A DNA stretch of 38,747 bases from a virus. Numbering within the stretch: position 1 is the stretch's first letter; each line of letters begins with the position of its first letter. Where the stretch lies: the IMG/VR virus record IMGVR_UViG_3300012943_000019, positions 1-38,747 of that record; one strand, given 5' to 3'. Shown piece by piece: positions 5,342 through 15,070 of the stretch. A model generated the notes under the pieces. The model was given only the letters and a program-made list of their open reading frames with translations. It was not told the DNA's origin and did not search any database. Position numbers and translations under genes: made by a program.

Positions 5342-7359
5342 ACGAGACCCCCCAGACCCCCGAGCAGATGGAGCGCCAAAGGGCTATCCTCTCCGAATTC
5401 AAGGATAAGCAGTCTTCCTACCCTTCCCTGTGGTCTGACATCTACAAGACCTGTCAGGAGGATGAAGAGTTTGTGCTGCTGGGAATTCATATGTCCCCCC
5501 AGACAGCCCAGACCTACGGCTTCGGCGCTAACTACAAAATGCCGAATATGCTTAAGCCCTACATCAACAATCAGGCTAACCAGACCTTGCAGAACGACTA
5601 CAGGGCCACGGTAACCCCTAATGGGGGCGGGGCTGACATCACCAAGGCTAGGTGGCGTGAAGGGGCTTTAAGGGGTATTCAGCGGGTTGGTGGTGCTCCC
5701 GAGGTGTACAACTATGCCCGCCGTGGGCAGTTGGCTGGCGGCCTGCATTACTCCAAGATCGTCGTGGACTACGCCGATGCCCGGGGGCAGGAGAAGGAGT
5801 ATCAGTACGAGGACGTTCAGGACACCTATTCGGTGTTCCCTGACCCCTACGTCCAGAAGGCCACGTTCTCGGACATGGCCGACTTCCTCATTAAAGAGGA
5901 CATCCCCCGCAGCAAGTGGGAAGAGAAGACCGGGTCTAAGTGGACATACGGGGCGCAGAAGACCCATCCCATTTGGTTCTACTGGCGCAAGACCAAGGCA
6001 GGGACGGATAAGGAATACGTCACCTTGGATGGCGGCTCGGTGCTTGAATCTCAATTACAACCGGGGGCGGACGGTTCGCCGGACATGTCGAACATCAAAC
6101 TCATTAACGGGGAGCCATTCGCCCGTGAGGTGAACTCCTACGAGTGGGAATGGTTCGTCATTGACGACAACGGCGGGGCTATCTATAGCGAGGGGGCTTG
6201 GCTGGGTTGCTACCCTCCGCTCGTCTGCTGTTCCGGTGAGAAGATCGTCCAGAAGACCCCGCAGGGGGTTAAGGTGTACTACCGTTCCTTGGCCCATGAC
6301 GCCAAAGAACCGCAGATGGTGTACACGATTTGCGAGAACATCATTCTCTTGCAGCTTGCCAAAAGCCCCTACCCCCATTACGAGATTTCCGAGGGGTCTA
6401 TCCTACTCAAGCAGTTGGCAGACTATCGGGATAATGCGGTTATCGGGGACACGGATGTCGTGTACCGTGAGTACGACGACCAAGGTAACAAGGTCACCCC
6501 GCCCCGCCGCGTCTCTCCTGACGGGGTTGACCCTGAGCTTATTGCCTTGCAACAGGAGCAGTTGCAGAAGATCGAGCGCATCTTGGGTATCTATGACGCT
6601 GCCTTGGGCCAGAAGACCAACGAGAAGTCCGGGGTAGCCATTAAGGAGAGAGCCAAACAATCCAACCTCGCCAACTATCACTTTGAATTCAATTTCATCG
6701 AGTACGTGAAGCAGATGGGGTACGTGGTTCTGGAGTCCATGCCCAATTACCTGTCGGTGCAGCAGGTTATCCCCATGCTGGACGATGACGACAAGATTGT
6801 GATGCAAGAGATTAACGGGCCCGAGGGGATATCTTTCCGTGAGGGCGAGCGTTACCGCATGGTGATTGAGGTTGTGCCGGATTCGGATAGCAACCGTGAG
6901 GCAGAAGCGGCGATGCTTATGCATATGGTCGATTCTCCCATCCTCGGCCCGGCTATCATGCAGGCCAAGGGAGGCGCGGCTATGGTAGTCAAGGCCCAGC
7001 GTGGTAGGTACGCGCAGCAGCTTGGTAAGGCTCTTGAAGAGTCCAGCCAAGACCCTGAGAAGGAGGCGATGAAAGCCAAAATTCAGGAAATGCAGGCGGA
7101 GGGCAAGAAGCTACAGGAAGAGAACGCGGCCATGAAGCAGCAGAAGGATTTGGACTTCTTGAAGGAGCAGAACCGGAACGCTGAGGCTATGGCTAAGATC
7201 GAACTTGAACGAGAGAAACTAGCGGCTTCGGTAGCCAAGAACGCCGACGACACCGAAATCAAGGCTTTCGATTCGGAAACCAAGAGGAAACAGGTTGACG
7301 GGTTGCCTCAGAACCCCGAAAGCCTGCCCATGAATAACGAGGCCGAGGTATTAGTTTGA
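5338..7359 (+). CDS. Portal protein with long C-terminal coiled-coil extension
   Basis: 673 aa with ATGA coupling to terL. The K/E/Q-rich helical tail (EKEAMKAKIQEMQAEGKKLQEENAAMKQQKDLDFLKEQ...) recalls the P22 portal barrel. Confidence 0.8.
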   Translation: MNETPQTPEQMERQRAILSEFKDKQSSYPSLWSDIYKTCQEDEEFVLLGIHMSPQTAQTYGFGANYKMPNMLKPYINNQANQTLQNDYRATVTPNGGGADITKARWREGALRGIQRVGGAPEVYNYARRGQLAGGLHYSKIVVDYADARGQEKEYQYEDVQDTYSVFPDPYVQKATFSDMADFLIKEDIPRSKWEEKTGSKWTYGAQKTHPIWFYWRKTKAGTDKEYVTLDGGSVLESQLQPGADGSPDMSNIKLINGEPFAREVNSYEWEWFVIDDNGGAIYSEGAWLGCYPPLVCCSGEKIVQKTPQGVKVYYRSLAHDAKEPQMVYTICENIILLQLAKSPYPHYEISEGSILLKQLADYRDNAVIGDTDVVYREYDDQGNKVTPPRRVSPDGVDPELIALQQEQLQKIERILGIYDAALGQKTNEKSGVAIKERAKQSNLANYHFEFNFIEYVKQMGYVVLESMPNYLSVQQVIPMLDDDDKIVMQEINGPEGISFREGERYRMVIEVVPDSDSNREAEAAMLMHMVDSPILGPAIMQAKGGAAMVVKAQRGRYAQQLGKALEESSQDPEKEAMKAKIQEMQAEGKKLQEENAAMKQQKDLDFLKEQNRNAEAMAKIELEREKLAASVAKNADDTEIKAFDSETKRKQVDGLPQNPESLPMNNEAEVLV

Positions 7360-7568
7360 CCTTCGGGGCCGCTCTCCGCGAGGCGCGGGTCAATAAGGGG
7401 TGGAGTAGAACCCGCCTTATTATTGCTATCCGCGCCCGCCTTGGCGACAGGTCTTTGACTATCTCAGAAGAGACAATCAGGGATTTGGAAACTATTGAGG
7501 GGCGCGTGCCTAGAGACACCACGCGGGCGGTGCTGCTTCGCGTGTTCCCCGACCTTGAGAACGGATAA
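7356..7568 (+). CDS. XRE-family helix-turn-helix protein (70 aa)
   Basis: TTG start overlaps the portal stop (TTGA). Sequence FGAALREARVNKGWSRTRLIIAI...ISEETIRDLETIEGRVP fits the Cro/C1-type HTH pattern. Confidence 0.55.
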   Translation: MTFGAALREARVNKGWSRTRLIIAIRARLGDRSLTISEETIRDLETIEGRVPRDTTRAVLLRVFPDLENG

Positions 7569-7661
7569 CCCCACAATACCCCAAAGCGCTTTCTGTCTGT
7601 CTATAGGATAGTAGGGTAAAAGCGGTTCTATTCATAGCGTAACCTAACGGGGGAAACGCTT

Positions 7662-8447
7662 ATGAACTTCTTGCACAACCAAATCAAACGTAGTCCTGAC
7701 GGCGGTGACGCTGCTGGGGGCGGCGCGGCTTCCGCTGACTCCCCGTTAGGCGGGGCCGCGCCTGCTTCCGGGTTCTCGATTGACGAGAGCACGTGGCAGC
7801 AGACCCAGCAAGAACTCAACGACCTCCGACAGTACCGCGAAACCGCTGACAGTCGTTTCCAAGAGTTTGAAAATCGCCTCCCGAAGAACGATGCCGACAA
7901 GGACGCCAAGCCGTCCCTTGAGAGTGGCAGCTACGACCTGAACAAGCCGGGAGAATTCCAGCGCTTTCAGGAAGATTTGTTCGACTGGAAGATGAAGAAC
8001 ACTCGCAACGAGTGGGATAAAGAAGTTCAGACCCGTCAGCAGAAGGAGCAGCAAGAGGCGCATACGGCCTCTATCCTTGACTCCCATTATGACCGTCAGG
8101 ACAAGTTCAAGGCGACCAACCCCGATTATGACCCGACCAAGAGTATCGCTTTCAAGAGTGACGCGGTCACGCTCACTATCGCCGGTTCGGACTACTCCGC
8201 CCATATCCATCACCTGTTGAACAAAAACCCGGCCAAGCTGGCCGAACTCCGCACTTTAGAGCGTACCCGCGGCCCTGCTGCTGTCATTCTGGCCGTGGGC
8301 CGGATGGAGAGCCAGTTCGAAGCCGCCGACGCTACCCAAACCCGCGCCAATCCCCGAGCCATGACGACCAAAGGCTCGATGGGAACCGGCACTGGTGGCA
8401 AGCCTGTCAAGCGTTCCGTTAGCGAAATCGCAGCGGACTGGAATTAA
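7662..8447 (+). CDS. Scaffolding protein (by position and composition)
   Basis: 261 aa between the portal and the coat. Charged, helical, Q/E/K/D-rich sequence with a disordered G/A-rich N-terminus. Confidence 0.6.
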   Translation: MNFLHNQIKRSPDGGDAAGGGAASADSPLGGAAPASGFSIDESTWQQTQQELNDLRQYRETADSRFQEFENRLPKNDADKDAKPSLESGSYDLNKPGEFQRFQEDLFDWKMKNTRNEWDKEVQTRQQKEQQEAHTASILDSHYDRQDKFKATNPDYDPTKSIAFKSDAVTLTIAGSDYSAHIHHLLNKNPAKLAELRTLERTRGPAAVILAVGRMESQFEAADATQTRANPRAMTTKGSMGTGTGGKPVKRSVSEIAADWN

Positions 8448-8467
8448 CCCTAAGAAGGAAATGAATC

Positions 8468-9739
8468 ATGGCCGATAATACCCTCGTAGTTAGTCAGATT
8501 GCATCCGAGAAGATGGTTGAGGCGCTTATCGCCGATACCGACATGGTGCTTAAAAACGCCGATAAGTCGTACAGCGCCGATTTCGAGCAGAAGCAGTTCT
8601 CGCCGTCCGGTGGCAGCATTACGCTTCCGGTAGCTGACCAGCCGCAGCTTGCCGTCCAGCAGGTGGCGTTCCGTAATGACCCGCTGGCGATGCGTGAAGT
8701 GCCGCTGGCCTATGCCAACTACACCACCGGCCTTGAAATCGGTGCGATCAACGAGACGTTTGACGCCGGTAAGGCCGTTATGTCGAACACCAACAAAGAC
8801 CGCATGAAGTCTCTGGCTACGACCATGGCGCAGATCGGCTACACGAACCTGAACAAGGGTCAGCGGTTCATCTCGTCCATTGCCCCGGGTACGAACCTGA
8901 CCACGGCGAACGACATGGGCAAGTTCAACGCTGCTCTGGCGAATATGTACGCCTCTAGCGGCCTGTACGCTGCCGTGGCCCCCGAAGACATGAGCCTGCT
9001 GGCTGGTGCTCTGGGCGGCGCGAACCAGTTCAACCCTCAGGATGCGTCTTCCAAGGCGTATGTTGACGGCACGGTTGGCCAGGTGTCCAACCTGAAAGTC
9101 TACCAGTCCACGATCCTCCCCTACCACACCAACGGCTCGGCTGCTGGCGACGGCGTTTCGGGCATGGCTCTGGCGGCGAACGTGACCTCGGGCGCTACCA
9201 GTATCACGGTTTCGGGCGGCACGGCTTCCGGCACGATCAAGGCCGGAACGATCATCTCCTTCCCCGGTAACGGCACCACGACCGGCGCGAACGAGGTTAA
9301 CCCCTTGACCCGCGCTATCATCGGTAACAAGATGGGCTTCTGTGTGGCCGCTGACACGCAGCTTGACGGCGCGGGAGCGGGTACGATCACCTTCACGCAG
9401 GCCATCTACGGCCCCGAGGCTCCGAAGTATCAGAACGTCTCGCGCCTGCCGACCACGGCGGGGACGCAGTACGTCCAGATTTACGGCCTGCCGTCCCTCA
9501 CCTACCGTCAGGCTTTCTTCTACAAGAAGGAATCGGCTCTGGCGATGGTGGGCCTCAAGCGTGCCGAACTTATCATGAACCAGAACGGTTCCGCTGATTG
9601 GGAAGGCTTGCCGATTCAGACGGCGGCGGTGGGTGACGCGAATAACCTCGTCAACATCTTCCGCATCGACTTCCTTGGCGGCGGCGCGCTCAAGCAGTAT
9701 CGCCATGTCATTCGTGCCTTCACCGCAGTTGTCAACTAA
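8468..9739 (+). CDS. Major capsid protein, P22 coat-like
   Basis: 423 aa with SD AAGGAA. Segments ...ATSITVSGG...IKAGTIISFPG... parallel P22 gp5 ...TGITVSGA...KRGDKISFAG.... Strong codon bias, shown by the stop-free codon-aligned antisense frame. Confidence 0.8.
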   Translation: MADNTLVVSQIASEKMVEALIADTDMVLKNADKSYSADFEQKQFSPSGGSITLPVADQPQLAVQQVAFRNDPLAMREVPLAYANYTTGLEIGAINETFDAGKAVMSNTNKDRMKSLATTMAQIGYTNLNKGQRFISSIAPGTNLTTANDMGKFNAALANMYASSGLYAAVAPEDMSLLAGALGGANQFNPQDASSKAYVDGTVGQVSNLKVYQSTILPYHTNGSAAGDGVSGMALAANVTSGATSITVSGGTASGTIKAGTIISFPGNGTTTGANEVNPLTRAIIGNKMGFCVAADTQLDGAGAGTITFTQAIYGPEAPKYQNVSRLPTTAGTQYVQIYGLPSLTYRQAFFYKKESALAMVGLKRAELIMNQNGSADWEGLPIQTAAVGDANNLVNIFRIDFLGGGALKQYRHVIRAFTAVVN

Positions 9740-9750
9740 AGGAACCCATC

Positions 9751-10203
9751 ATGGCACTTAAAGATTCGACCGTTGAAACCCTTATCACCCCCGCCGAAAT
9801 CCCTGTGGCTTCGCCGGGTGGTGTTCAGTTCCTGACCCATCCCCTGACGTCTTTGGCTACGGGTCTTTCGACCTCGGCCATTGACCTTATGACCGGCTTC
9901 ACCCCCGGTTTCCCGTTCAAGCTGCTCGGCCTTGAATTCGTCACTACGGTGGCGGGTACGGGCACCAGCGCCTCGCAGGTGTTCAACCTTGAGATTGGCT
10001 CGACCAATGTCACGGGCGGCGTCCTGACGCTTACGCTGGCCTCTCAGGCGGCCATCGGAGTTACCACCTACGCTACCGCCATCACGGCGAATAACGTGGG
10101 TACGGCTACCGATACGATCAGCCTTGAAATGGCTGCTGGCGGCACGGTCTTTACGGCTGGCGCAGGCTACTTCCGAATCAAGATCCAGAATCTCGGCGGC
10201 TAA
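9751..10203 (+). CDS. Virion-associated hypothetical protein (150 aa), possible decoration or head-completion protein
   Basis: Immediately follows the coat gene. T/G/A-rich, beta-type sequence. Confidence 0.6.
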   Translation: MALKDSTVETLITPAEIPVASPGGVQFLTHPLTSLATGLSTSAIDLMTGFTPGFPFKLLGLEFVTTVAGTGTSASQVFNLEIGSTNVTGGVLTLTLASQAAIGVTTYATAITANNVGTATDTISLEMAAGGTVFTAGAGYFRIKIQNLGG

Positions 10204-10232
10204 GAAACAAAGGTTGAAAGGGGTGTTTACCG

Positions 10233-10970
10233 ATGGCATGGACATGGGAAGAAATCCTGACAGATGCGCTTTCCTTGTCTGGAATCCTCGGTGAAGACCA
10301 GCAAGTAGACCCCGCCATGCTTGAGAGCGCCCGGGTGCGGGCCTCCAAGCTGCTTGACGAACTGGACGGGAAAGGGATTGCCCTACCCGTCTTTTCGACA
10401 TCCATTGAGTTTGACACCACCTCCAATCAGACCAAGTACGTTCTGGGAACGGGTAGTGATGCCTCACCGGCTAGCGCCCTGCGCCCTGAACTTATCCTCG
10501 ACGCTGAGATTCAAATCACGCCGGGGGCTAACCCCGTGTGGCTCCCGCTCAAGCCGTTGACGTTCACGGATTACCGTCAGTATATCTCGGTACCGCAGAA
10601 CCAGTCCCAGCCGATCAACTACACGTGGAACCCGGGTTGGCCGCAGGGGGATTTGTACCTCTGGCCGAACCCTAATCAGGTGTGGAAGATCCGCTTGACC
10701 TCGACCCTGAAATGGATTGATGTTGTGGGCGACCCCTCAAGCGATTGGTACGCTACCGCGCAGCTTCCTTCTGGGTTCACCAGCGCCTTTACGGACGTGT
10801 TGGCCTTGAAGCTGGCCCAATGGCGTCGGCTGGTGAATCAAGACCTTGTGACCAAGGCCGCAAGCGCGATGTACACCCTGTCCATCTACAGCACCAACAA
10901 GGTGCCGAACACGCCTTCTATCCCTAGCGCCTTCCCGTGGAACGTCAACCGCGCGGGGATCAACCCGTGA
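10233..10970 (+). CDS. Putative head-to-tail adaptor (P22 gp4 position)
   Basis: 245 aa preceding the gp10-like gene. N-terminal pattern ILTDALSLSGILGEDQQVDPAMLESARVRASKLLDELDGKG is typical of podovirus adaptor-type proteins as I recall them. Confidence 0.5.
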   Translation: MAWTWEEILTDALSLSGILGEDQQVDPAMLESARVRASKLLDELDGKGIALPVFSTSIEFDTTSNQTKYVLGTGSDASPASALRPELILDAEIQITPGANPVWLPLKPLTFTDYRQYISVPQNQSQPINYTWNPGWPQGDLYLWPNPNQVWKIRLTSTLKWIDVVGDPSSDWYATAQLPSGFTSAFTDVLALKLAQWRRLVNQDLVTKAASAMYTLSIYSTNKVPNTPSIPSAFPWNVNRAGINP

Positions 10971-12745
10971 GCGTTTATGACATCCCCATTTGGGGGCCGT
11001 CCAAGAATGTCTCTCAGGACGATCCCGAATACACCATGAACCTTTACCCTGAAAAGGTGTCTGACGATGTGTACACCTTGAAGCGCCGAGCGGGGAATGT
11101 AGTTGAAAGCCAATTCGGTTTCGCAGGTGGTGGGCGTGGACAGGTGTCTGTCGGTGGCCGCCATTTCGGTATTCGTGGGTTCTCCTTCTGCGAGATTGTG
11201 AACGGGGCGTCTGTTACCCGTGGGTCTTTGACCACCAATAACGGGCTTTGCTCCCTGACCGCTTGCCTCCCTCCTAATGGAGAGGGGCAGATCCTGATTG
11301 TCGGCCCGGGAGAGAAGGAAGGGTACGTTTTCGAGATTGCCACGAACACCTTCACCATCTTGACCGAGGCTACCCACGGCTTTGTGGGCGGCGGCGGGCA
11401 GACGGTGTTCTTTGGTGGACGTGGGTGGGCCATTAAGAAGGGCTCAGGGCAGTTCCAATGCTCCGATCCGTATAACTTCCTGAACTGGCCCGGGGACGCC
11501 TTTGGCACGGCTGAATTCGGTTCTGACGCCCTTCTTTCCCTTGAGACGAACGGGAATTACCTGTTGCTTCTGGGCCAATATACGGGTGAGGTGTGGGTGT
11601 TTCAGAACACCTTGCCCCTCCCCGTAGTACCGACTAACTCGACCTTCCCGATGGGCATCTTGGCCCCGCAGGCCCACGTCTGTTTCGAGAATGATTTCTA
11701 CTGGTTCGGTGGCAATGCTGAGGGGAAGGGCGTGGTTTACTCCATGTCCCCCGGTGGCGATCCGCAGACGATTTCCGACTACTCGGTTATCCGCAATATG
11801 GCCACGATTCCAGTACAATCAGACGCCTTCATGTACGCCTATCAAGACCTTGGCCATAGGTTCCTTTTCCTGACCTTCGGGCAGGGGAATAGAACCTTTG
11901 TCTATGACCTCACCGAGCGGCTTTGGCATGAGGAGTCTACCCGTCTGGTTCCCTCTGGTGATGTAAGCGCTTTGCCGTGGGCGTCGGTTATCTTCCACAA
12001 CGGGAAACTCTTGGGCCTGAACCGTTTGAACGGTCAGGTAGCCGAAATTCGGGACGACCTCTACACCGACAACGGCAACCCGATTGTGCTGGATCGTAAG
12101 ATGTCGGTCTTCCCTAAAGAGGCGTCGTGGAAGTCCACCTTTACGGGGGTGGAACTCTTTTGTGAGATGGGCAATACCGCGCCCCCCGAAACCACGACTT
12201 ATGTGAACAGGGTTACAGGGACTAATTTGGCGTCAAATGCGCAGATTTTCAATGAATCGGCCCGTTATATCCATATCGGCTACTACCTCGGGACTGACCT
12301 TTTCATTGCCTTCGCTTTCTCTTCCGCCGCCGCACGTTCTAGTTATTTGCAGGGGCAGATGGCGGTCGATGGGTTCATGGGGGTTGCTGCTGGGACGATT
12401 GGCGATGCCCAGACGGTTCTTATCCAAAGCGGCGCAGGCTCTGACCTTGTTTCTTTCTCTTTACCTTCGCTCACTTTGGAGCAGTTGCCTTTCAGCTTCG
12501 ACGTTCTCAAAGAGATTATTCAGCCCGACAATAACCCGAGCATCATGCTCCGTGTTTCCCGCGACCGGGGCAAGACCTACGGCACTGAAATGTGGCGTAC
12601 CATGAGCGGTAACGGATCGTATGTTTGCCGTCCCCGCTGGACTGGATTAGGCGCTTCGTTTGGTATTACTCTTTGGTTCCGATTTGTTGCGAATCAATAT
12701 GTAAGTTTTAGGGGTGTTCGCATTAACGCTGAGGGGGGCGCATGA
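10967..12745 (+). CDS. Tail hub / packaged-DNA stabilisation protein, P22 gp10-like
   Basis: GTG at 10967 overlaps the upstream stop (GTGA). C-terminus LRVSRDRGKTYGTEMW...RPRWTGLG...FRGVRINAEGG parallels P22 gp10 LSATTDGINYGREQM...RVLWKRVG...LSGCQIRLE. Confidence 0.6.
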   Translation: MSVYDIPIWGPSKNVSQDDPEYTMNLYPEKVSDDVYTLKRRAGNVVESQFGFAGGGRGQVSVGGRHFGIRGFSFCEIVNGASVTRGSLTTNNGLCSLTACLPPNGEGQILIVGPGEKEGYVFEIATNTFTILTEATHGFVGGGGQTVFFGGRGWAIKKGSGQFQCSDPYNFLNWPGDAFGTAEFGSDALLSLETNGNYLLLLGQYTGEVWVFQNTLPLPVVPTNSTFPMGILAPQAHVCFENDFYWFGGNAEGKGVVYSMSPGGDPQTISDYSVIRNMATIPVQSDAFMYAYQDLGHRFLFLTFGQGNRTFVYDLTERLWHEESTRLVPSGDVSALPWASVIFHNGKLLGLNRLNGQVAEIRDDLYTDNGNPIVLDRKMSVFPKEASWKSTFTGVELFCEMGNTAPPETTTYVNRVTGTNLASNAQIFNESARYIHIGYYLGTDLFIAFAFSSAAARSSYLQGQMAVDGFMGVAAGTIGDAQTVLIQSGAGSDLVSFSLPSLTLEQLPFSFDVLKEIIQPDNNPSIMLRVSRDRGKTYGTEMWRTMSGNGSYVCRPRWTGLGASFGITLWFRFVANQYVSFRGVRINAEGGA

Positions 12746-13122
12746 GACAGCCGCTATTACCGAAACCCGAGAAGCAAGCCAGTCAAGACTGGAACGCTTA
12801 TCGTAAGGCTCTGCATGAGGACTTGTACCCGAAAGCTACGGCTTGGACGCCTTCGTATGGCCTTGTAGCCACGTCCTCGGTGACGGGGGAATATACCCAT
12901 GTAGCGGGCCTCTGGTTCTTTTCGGTGGTGATGGAAACGCCTACTGCAAGTGTAGGAGCCTACTTCGACCTCCCTTTTGAAGCGGCGCAATATGCGGTGT
13001 TTAGCGTAGCGATTAGCGGCACAATGAAAGCCGCCACGGTGGATAAGGGCTCAAGCCGGGTGTATCTACCCGACTTCGGGCCGGTTGGCAGAGCAGTTAT
13101 TTCCGGGCTTGTTGTAGCTTAG
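12742..13122 (+). CDS. Virion hypothetical protein (126 aa)
   Basis: ATGA coupling to the hub gene, inside the tail module. Confidence 0.6.
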   Translation: MRQPLLPKPEKQASQDWNAYRKALHEDLYPKATAWTPSYGLVATSSVTGEYTHVAGLWFFSVVMETPTASVGAYFDLPFEAAQYAVFSVAISGTMKAATVDKGSSRVYLPDFGPVGRAVISGLVVA

Positions 13123-13130
13123 GAGGCTTT

Positions 13131-13874
13131 ATGGCATTAGGCGATATTATCGGGCAAGGTGTTGATTTGTTTGGCGGCAACAAGGCCGCTAACATTGAGC
13201 GCCGTGCGACCAGAAAAGCGGGCAAGTTTTTGGATGAAGGTTATGGCGGTGCGCTTGACCTCGCCCGCCCCATGCAAGAACAGTCCCAAGGGGATTACCT
13301 TGACTTGTCCCGCCGCTATGGTGAGGGGGATTTCAGAAACCCCGATCAGCAGAAGTATCAGGGTGGCAGTTTTGATTTCGACCCCAGCGACGTTTTCCGT
13401 GACCCTGAATATCAGGCTTCGCAGAGAGCGGGGAACCAAGCGATTGAAAGCGGCGCGGCAGGGAAAGGAATGCTTTTCTCTGGCAATACCGGACGGGCTT
13501 TGCAGCAGTCTGGACAGGACAATTTCGCCAAGCGCTCGGATGAACTGTACAACCGTGGCCGTCAAGCCTTTGAAAGCGACCGTGGCTTTGATTACGACGC
13601 GGCCAACAGGGCTTATGACACCAACGCGGAGAATAACGCCCTTGAATTCTCGCAGGGCAACGCCTTGGCGGGCTATGCGTCCCCTGCTCTGGATCGGTCT
13701 ATCGACCTTGGCCTTGGACGTGCGCAGGCAAAAGCCGACACCGAATTAGGGGTTGGTGGCATTCGTTCGGATGCGTGGCGCTCCGGTGGCAAGAAGCTGG
13801 GCCGTATGGGACAGGGCGTGGTTGACGGTGGCATTGACCTCGCCAAGAAATACATCTCGGGTGGAGCGTACTAA
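13131..13874 (+). CDS. Internal virion / ejection-protein-like protein (247 aa)
   Basis: SD TAGGAGG. G/Q/N/D/R-rich, low-hydrophobicity sequence. First of three consecutive coupled genes in the position of P22 gp7/gp20/gp16. Confidence 0.55.
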   Translation: MALGDIIGQGVDLFGGNKAANIERRATRKAGKFLDEGYGGALDLARPMQEQSQGDYLDLSRRYGEGDFRNPDQQKYQGGSFDFDPSDVFRDPEYQASQRAGNQAIESGAAGKGMLFSGNTGRALQQSGQDNFAKRSDELYNRGRQAFESDRGFDYDAANRAYDTNAENNALEFSQGNALAGYASPALDRSIDLGLGRAQAKADTELGVGGIRSDAWRSGGKKLGRMGQGVVDGGIDLAKKYISGGAY

Positions 13875-15070
13875 TGGCTCTCAACCTTTCCCGGCTTGGC
13901 CGCATCAATCGTACCGTTGAGGACGATTACAACCCCTTCCAAGAGGGGGCGGATCGTCGCCGTGCGGAGCAGCTTGCCAAGGCTGAGGCGCAAGCCCTTG
14001 AGAAAGGTACCTTAGACCTTGCCCGGGCCAAGCGTGACGATGCCGCCGCGATCAAGGCTGCCGCCGACGCTGAGGGGGTAAAGAAGGCTCTGAGCAGCTT
14101 CTACGGTGGTAGGGCGTTGTCTGATGTAACCCCGGCAAGCACGGGCACGGGGGCTATCTCCTTGGGCCGTATGCCGAAGGGCCTGGCTACCGGCCCTGAG
14201 TTTGGCGAAGCCCCCAAAGACACTACCCGCGATATTTCCCGGTTTGAGGGACTGACTACAGCGAACCTTGCGGCCATTGACCCGATGCAGGCTGAAAAGT
14301 TCCGCACGGGCCAACGGGACGAACGTTTTGGGCTTGAGGATAGAACCCGTAGAATAGGCAAAGAAGACCTCGACGCCACGACCACGGCAGCTAATACGAA
14401 GTTTGAACAAGACCTTAAAAACAGAACTCTTAGAGAAACCTCGCGGCATAACAAGGTTGGGGAATATCTTACCAAGCTGGGGATAACGACTAAGGCCAAC
14501 AATACAAGTGAGGGAAAGATTATCCCTGCGTCCGCGCAAACTGCCATGCTTGAAAACGTCCAAAACGCAAAGAAGGCTAGAAAGGCCTTGGCACTTTTGA
14601 GCGGGAAAGATGTTGGAAGTAGCAAGGGAGACAAAAAGCCGACTGGCTTCTGGAAGGGTCTTACGTCCACCTTGGCTAGTGGCAGCGCTTTAAACAATCT
14701 AGACCCAGAAGGCGTGGACGCTAGGGCCGCAATCGCAGACCTTGGGTCTATGGTTATTCACGACCGTTCCGGCGCTGCTGTTACGGCCTCTGAATCGCCG
14801 CGCCTCATGCCGTTTATTCCATCGGCATACGATAAGCCGGACGTCGCAAAGAAGAAAGTTAAGCGGTTCATTCAGGAGTACAACAGTATTCTTGAGGATC
14901 AGGCGCAGCAATATGGCAGGGAAGCTGGCTACCGTGAAAGCCCCTTAATGCGCGATTACTTGGCTGAAATGCCCCGTGGGATATTCGACAACATTGCCGA
15001 AGCTAGGGCCGCTGGCCTCCCTCCCGGTACTGTCGTGATTGTTGACGGCGAAGAAGTGGAGATGGACTAA
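13874..15070 (+). CDS. Internal virion / ejection-protein-like protein (398 aa)
   Basis: TAATG coupling at both ends. Charged, A/K/E/D-rich sequence. Confidence 0.55.
   Translation: MALNLSRLGRINRTVEDDYNPFQEGADRRRAEQLAKAEAQALEKGTLDLARAKRDDAAAIKAAADAEGVKKALSSFYGGRALSDVTPASTGTGAISLGRMPKGLATGPEFGEAPKDTTRDISRFEGLTTANLAAIDPMQAEKFRTGQRDERFGLEDRTRRIGKEDLDATTTAANTKFEQDLKNRTLRETSRHNKVGEYLTKLGITTKANNTSEGKIIPASAQTAMLENVQNAKKARKALALLSGKDVGSSKGDKKPTGFWKGLTSTLASGSALNNLDPEGVDARAAIADLGSMVIHDRSGAAVTASESPRLMPFIPSAYDKPDVAKKKVKRFIQEYNSILEDQAQQYGREAGYRESPLMRDYLAEMPRGIFDNIAEARAAGLPPGTVVIVDGEEVEMD

Noticed and set aside
8450-9706. 418-aa minus-strand ORF covering almost the whole coat gene. Similar long antisense ORFs occur at 6403..7050, 15067..15999 and 16428..17333.
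   Set aside because: All are codon-aligned antisense frames: their offsets from the sense start are multiples of 3. They stay open simply because the sense genes avoid TTA, CTA and TCA codons. The products are Arg/Gly/Val-rich low-complexity sequence with no SD or coupling, while the sense-strand genes have clear homology patterns.
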